A stretch of 64,000 nt of DNA from NCBI GenBank assembly GCA_017541265.1, contig JAFXZK010000084.1:4217-68216 (forward strand), given 5' to 3'. Position numbers and translations under genes: made by a program. Origin of the DNA: Bacteroidaceae bacterium. GTDB lineage: Bacteria; Bacteroidota; Bacteroidia; Bacteroidales; Bacteroidaceae. Position 1 is the first letter of the stretch; every line of letters begins with the position of its first letter. The notes beneath the pieces were generated by a model. It saw nothing but the letters and a program-made list of their open reading frames with translations. It was not told where the DNA came from and did no database searches. Positions 61,261-64,000 of the stretch are shown here, in pieces.

Positions 61261-61743
61261 ATGGGAAACCTGGACGGTTATATAGTTGATTTGAAAGGCG
61301 TGACAGACGATACTGTGTCGTACCGCTGGCAGGTCGGAAATGACTTCTTCTCCGCCGTTCAGGGACCTGAAATCAAGCAGGGTCTGCTCGATGTAGCATT
61401 ACGGGTGAAGCAGACATCTGGCGCCTACGAGCTGGAGTTCCAGTTGAAGGGCGAGGTGGAAGTGTCGTGCGACCGCTGCCTTGAACCAATGTCCTGTCCC
61501 ATCGAAGCCCAAAACACACTAAAAGTGGTGATGGGCGAAGAGTATGCCGACAACGGCGATGTGGTTACTGTCCCCGAAAAGGACGGCACCATCAATGTGG
61601 CTTGGAACATCTACGAGTTCGCAGCTCTGCAGATACCCCTTCGCCATGTGCATGAGGAATGTGAACAGTCCCTCTCAGACTCCTCCGAGGGGGAGAGAAG
61701 TGACCCGTGCTGGGATGCTCTGAAAAAGATAGTAAATAAATAG
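61261..61743 (+). CDS. yceD: YceD-family (DUF177) protein
   Basis: CDRCLEP metal-binding-like motif. Position immediately upstream of rpmF. 160 aa. Confidence 0.8.
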   Translation: MGNLDGYIVDLKGVTDDTVSYRWQVGNDFFSAVQGPEIKQGLLDVALRVKQTSGAYELEFQLKGEVEVSCDRCLEPMSCPIEAQNTLKVVMGEEYADNGDVVTVPEKDGTINVAWNIYEFAALQIPLRHVHEECEQSLSDSSEGERSDPCWDALKKIVNK

Positions 61744-61773
61744 TAAATCGTAAATAGTCAAATTGTAAATAAC
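61729..61773 (+). repeat. aaatagtaaat / aaattgtaaat word array spanning the yceD stop and rpmF leader
   Basis: gatagtaaataaatagtaaatcgtaaatagtcaaattgtaaataa. The last yceD codons (IVNK*) lie inside it. Confidence 0.7.
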
Positions 61774-61774
61774 T

Positions 61775-61954
61775 ATGGCACATCCAAAAAGAAGACAGTC
61801 CCACACCAGGACTCTCAAAAGAAGAACTCACGACAAGGCAGTAGCTCCCGCATTGGCAGTATGCCCTAACTGCGGCGAGTTCCACATCTATCACACCGTT
61901 TGCCCCGCTTGCGGCTACTATCGCGGCAAGGTGGCCATCGAGAAAGAGGCTTAA
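61775..61954 (+). CDS. rpmF: 50S ribosomal protein L32
   Basis: Not in the ORF track (59 aa). Translated by hand: MAHPKRRQSHTRTLKRRTHDKAVAPALAVCPNCGEFHIYHTVCPACGYYRGKVAIEKEA, with the typical MAHPKRR start and CxxC...CxxC knuckle. Confidence 0.9.
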   Translation: MAHPKRRQSHTRTLKRRTHDKAVAPALAVCPNCGEFHIYHTVCPACGYYRGKVAIEKEA

Positions 61955-61957
61955 AGA

Positions 61958-63043
61958 TTGGAAAAGATCAATGCCGTCATAACTGGCGTGGGAGGTTATG
62001 TCCCCGATTACATCCTCGACAACGAAGAGATGTCAAGGATTGTAGATACCAGTGATGAATGGATAATGGAGCGGATTGGCGTCAAGACACGTCACATCCT
62101 CAAGCCTGAACAGGGCAGCGGTACTTCGTACATGATGACAAGAGCCGTTGCTCAGCTTTTGCGTAAAACTGGAGCAGATCCCGACAGCATTGAGCTTGTC
62201 ATCTGCGCCACTACGACGCCCGACTATCATTTCCCCTCGACGGCTTCGCTCGTCATCGGCAACTGCGGACTGACCAGCGCTTTCGGCTTCGACATGGAGG
62301 CCGCATGCGCTGGTTTCCTTTATGCAATGGAGGCGGGTGCCAGCTACATCCGCTCGGGACGCTACAAGCGCATCATCATCTGCGGCGGCGACCACATGAG
62401 CTCCATGACCAACTACGAGGACCGCAACACCTGTCCCATCTTCGGCGACGGTGCAGCCTGCGTCATGATGGAGGCAACGACCGAGGAGGTGGGACTCATC
62501 GACGGCTACTACCGCGTGGACGGCAAGGGTTTCCAGAACCTGCACATGGCGGCTGGCGGCTCTGCCAAGATGCCCAGCCACGAGAGCGTGGATGCCCGCG
62601 AGCATTTCGTCTATCAGGAAGGTCGTGCAGTCTATAAGCACGCCGTCCTTGATATGACGTCCGCCGTCAAGACCATCACCAAGCGCAACAACCTCTCCAA
62701 GGACAACATCGCTTGGGTGATACCGCATCAGGCGAACATCAACATCGAGGTGTCCGTGGCGGCACGCATAGGCATCGACCGCGAGCAAGTCATGGTCAAC
62801 ATCGACCACATGGCCAACACCTCCGGCGGCACCCTTCCCCTCTGTCTGTGGGAATACGAGCCGCAGCTCAAGAAGGGCGACAAGCTGGTGTTCACCGCCT
62901 TCGGAGCAGGCTTCACTTGGGGCGCAAGCTACATGATTTGGGGCTACGACGGCGCTGCCGAGGCAGCCAAGGAGCCTGCACAGTTCTACAAGGAAGGGCT
63001 GATGACCCGCGAAGAATGGTACAAGCTTCGTAAAAATGCATAA
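61958..63043 (+). CDS. fabH: beta-ketoacyl-ACP synthase III
   Basis: AACAGF (Cys), IPHQANINI (His), NTSGGT (Asn), GAGFTWGA. The apparent TTG start is 3 nt after the rpmF stop. Carries a ~30-aa C-terminal extension. Confidence 0.9.
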   Translation: MEKINAVITGVGGYVPDYILDNEEMSRIVDTSDEWIMERIGVKTRHILKPEQGSGTSYMMTRAVAQLLRKTGADPDSIELVICATTTPDYHFPSTASLVIGNCGLTSAFGFDMEAACAGFLYAMEAGASYIRSGRYKRIIICGGDHMSSMTNYEDRNTCPIFGDGAACVMMEATTEEVGLIDGYYRVDGKGFQNLHMAAGGSAKMPSHESVDAREHFVYQEGRAVYKHAVLDMTSAVKTITKRNNLSKDNIAWVIPHQANINIEVSVAARIGIDREQVMVNIDHMANTSGGTLPLCLWEYEPQLKKGDKLVFTAFGAGFTWGASYMIWGYDGAAEAAKEPAQFYKEGLMTREEWYKLRKNA

Positions 63044-63048
63044 TTCAC

Positions 63049-63119
63049 AATTCATAATTCATAATTAGGCTACGCTCCTGCTGTGTTTGAGCGAAGAGAA
63101 TAATTATGAATTATGAATT
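63049..63119. repeat. perfect 19-bp inverted repeat of aattcata words between fabH and era
   Basis: 63049-63067 aattcataattcataatta and 63101-63119 taattatgaattatgaatt, with a 33-nt spacer. Confidence 0.85.
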
Positions 63120-63134
63120 AAAAATTATGAATTG

Positions 63135-64000
63135 ATGTTCAAGTCCGGTTTCGTCAACATCGTGGGCAACCCGAATGTCGGGAAGTCGACGCTTATGAAT
63201 CTTCTCGTCGGGGAGCGCATTTCTATTGCCACCTTCAAGGCGCAGACCACGCGCCACCGCATCATGGGCATCCTCAATACGCCCGAGATGCAGATTTGTT
63301 TCAGCGATACCCCTGGTGTGCTGAAGCCCAACTACAAATTGCAGGAGCAGATGCTGCAGTTCTCGGAGAGCGCCCTGCAGGATGCCGACGTGCTGCTCTA
63401 CGTCACCGATATGGTCGAGACACCCGATAAGAACAGCGACTTCCTCGACAAGGTGAAGCGCATGACCGTACCCGTCCTCGTCCTCATCAACAAGATAGAC
63501 CTCAGCGACCAGAAAGCCCTGACCGAGAAAGTTGAGCTGTGGCATGAGGCTTTGCCCGAGGCGGAAATCATCCCCATCAGCGCCCTCCACAAATTTAACG
63601 TCGATAACGTGCTCAAGCGCATTCAGGAGCTTCTGCCCGAATCGCCCGCCTATTTCGACAAGGACCAGTGGACCGACAAGCCTGCCCGCTTTTTCGTCAC
63701 CGAAATCATCCGCGAGAAGATTCTCCTCTACTACGACAAGGAGATACCCTATAGCGTGGAGGTCGTGGTGGAGCAGTTCAAGGAGAGCGAGAAAAACATC
63801 CACATCAATGCCGTCATCTATGTGGAGCGCGACAGTCAGAAGGGCATCATCATCGGGCACGGCGGCGTAGCCCTGAAGCGCGTCTCGACGGAAGCCCGCA
63901 AGAGCCTTGAGAAGTTCTTCGGCAAGAGCATCTACCTCGAAGTCTTTGTCAAAGTTGACAAGGACTGGCGCCAGAGCGACCGCGCCATGAAAGCCTACGG
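63135..64000 (+). CDS. era: GTPase Era (3' end outside window)
   Basis: Not in the ORF track because there is no stop in the window. Hand translation: [22 protein letters not shown]...DTPG...NKIDL..., with a KH domain VVVEQF...IIIGHGGVALKRV. Confidence 0.9.
   Translation, partial: MFKSGFVNIVGNPNVGKSTLMNLLVGERISIATFKAQTTRHRIMGILNTPEMQICFSDTPGVLKPNYKLQEQMLQFSESALQDADVLLYVTDMVETPDKNSDFLDKVKRMTVPVLVLINKIDLSDQKALTEKVELWHEALPEAEIIPISALHKFNVDNVLKRIQELLPESPAYFDKDQWTDKPARFFVTEIIREKILLYYDKEIPYSVEVVVEQFKESEKNIHINAVIYVERDSQKGIIIGHGGVALKRVSTEARKSLEKFFGKSIYLEVFVKVDKDWRQSDRAMKAY

Overview
This is a 64 kb chromosomal segment that looks like Bacteroidota, probably Prevotellaceae. That assignment rests on TAnnTTTG -7 promoter boxes in front of most genes, BspA-type LRR proteins, meso-DAP dehydrogenase, T9SS-like C-terminal tails, and moderately high G+C judged by eye. 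I call about 51 protein genes and found no rRNA, tRNA or CRISPR array.

Core content:
- GTPases der and era.
- An M16 peptidase.
- mlaE-mlaF-lptB.
- tig-clpP-clpX-recQ.
- A threonine-to-glycine-to-C1 block: kbl/tdh next to lplA-gcvT-gcvH-gcvPA-gcvPB-lpdA.
- ddh.
- lrp-metY, pdxS-pdxT and cysK.
- yceD-rpmF-fabH.

Accessory or unusual content:
1. Three tandem ~1110-aa secreted paralogs (35.5-45.7 kb) with LRR / M60-like HExxH peptidase / LRR / sorting-tail architecture. Their similarity pattern is mosaic, and a glycosidase-like gene is transcribed divergently from them.
2. A degenerate ThiD/PdxK-like domain fused to an AraC HTH, overlapping the start of pdxS.
3. A visibly AT-rich island (15.3-18.7 kb) carrying an Rpn-type nuclease, an LRR lipoprotein and a glycine-zipper protein. 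A candidate structured RNA with an intrinsic terminator lies between the nuclease and LRR genes.
4. An orphan XRE antitoxin next to a truncated toxin remnant.

The non-genic DNA is the most striking part of the window:
- A family of ~30-nt GC-rich palindromic units occurs at least 7 times. Five copies are inside coding sequences with the frame preserved (lplA-like, lpdA, mlaF, the glycosidase-like gene, and an outer-membrane protein signal peptide).
- Several families of short tandem 'word' arrays (aaattgtaaat, gaatgaaag, ataacct, taggcacgcctaatt, cataagtcc) form inverted pairs around intergenic regions. In places they are read through as coding sequence.
- A nested-palindrome repeat built on GGACTGCAGTCC is present at two loci.

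All family assignments come from motifs read by eye. No database search or computation was run.
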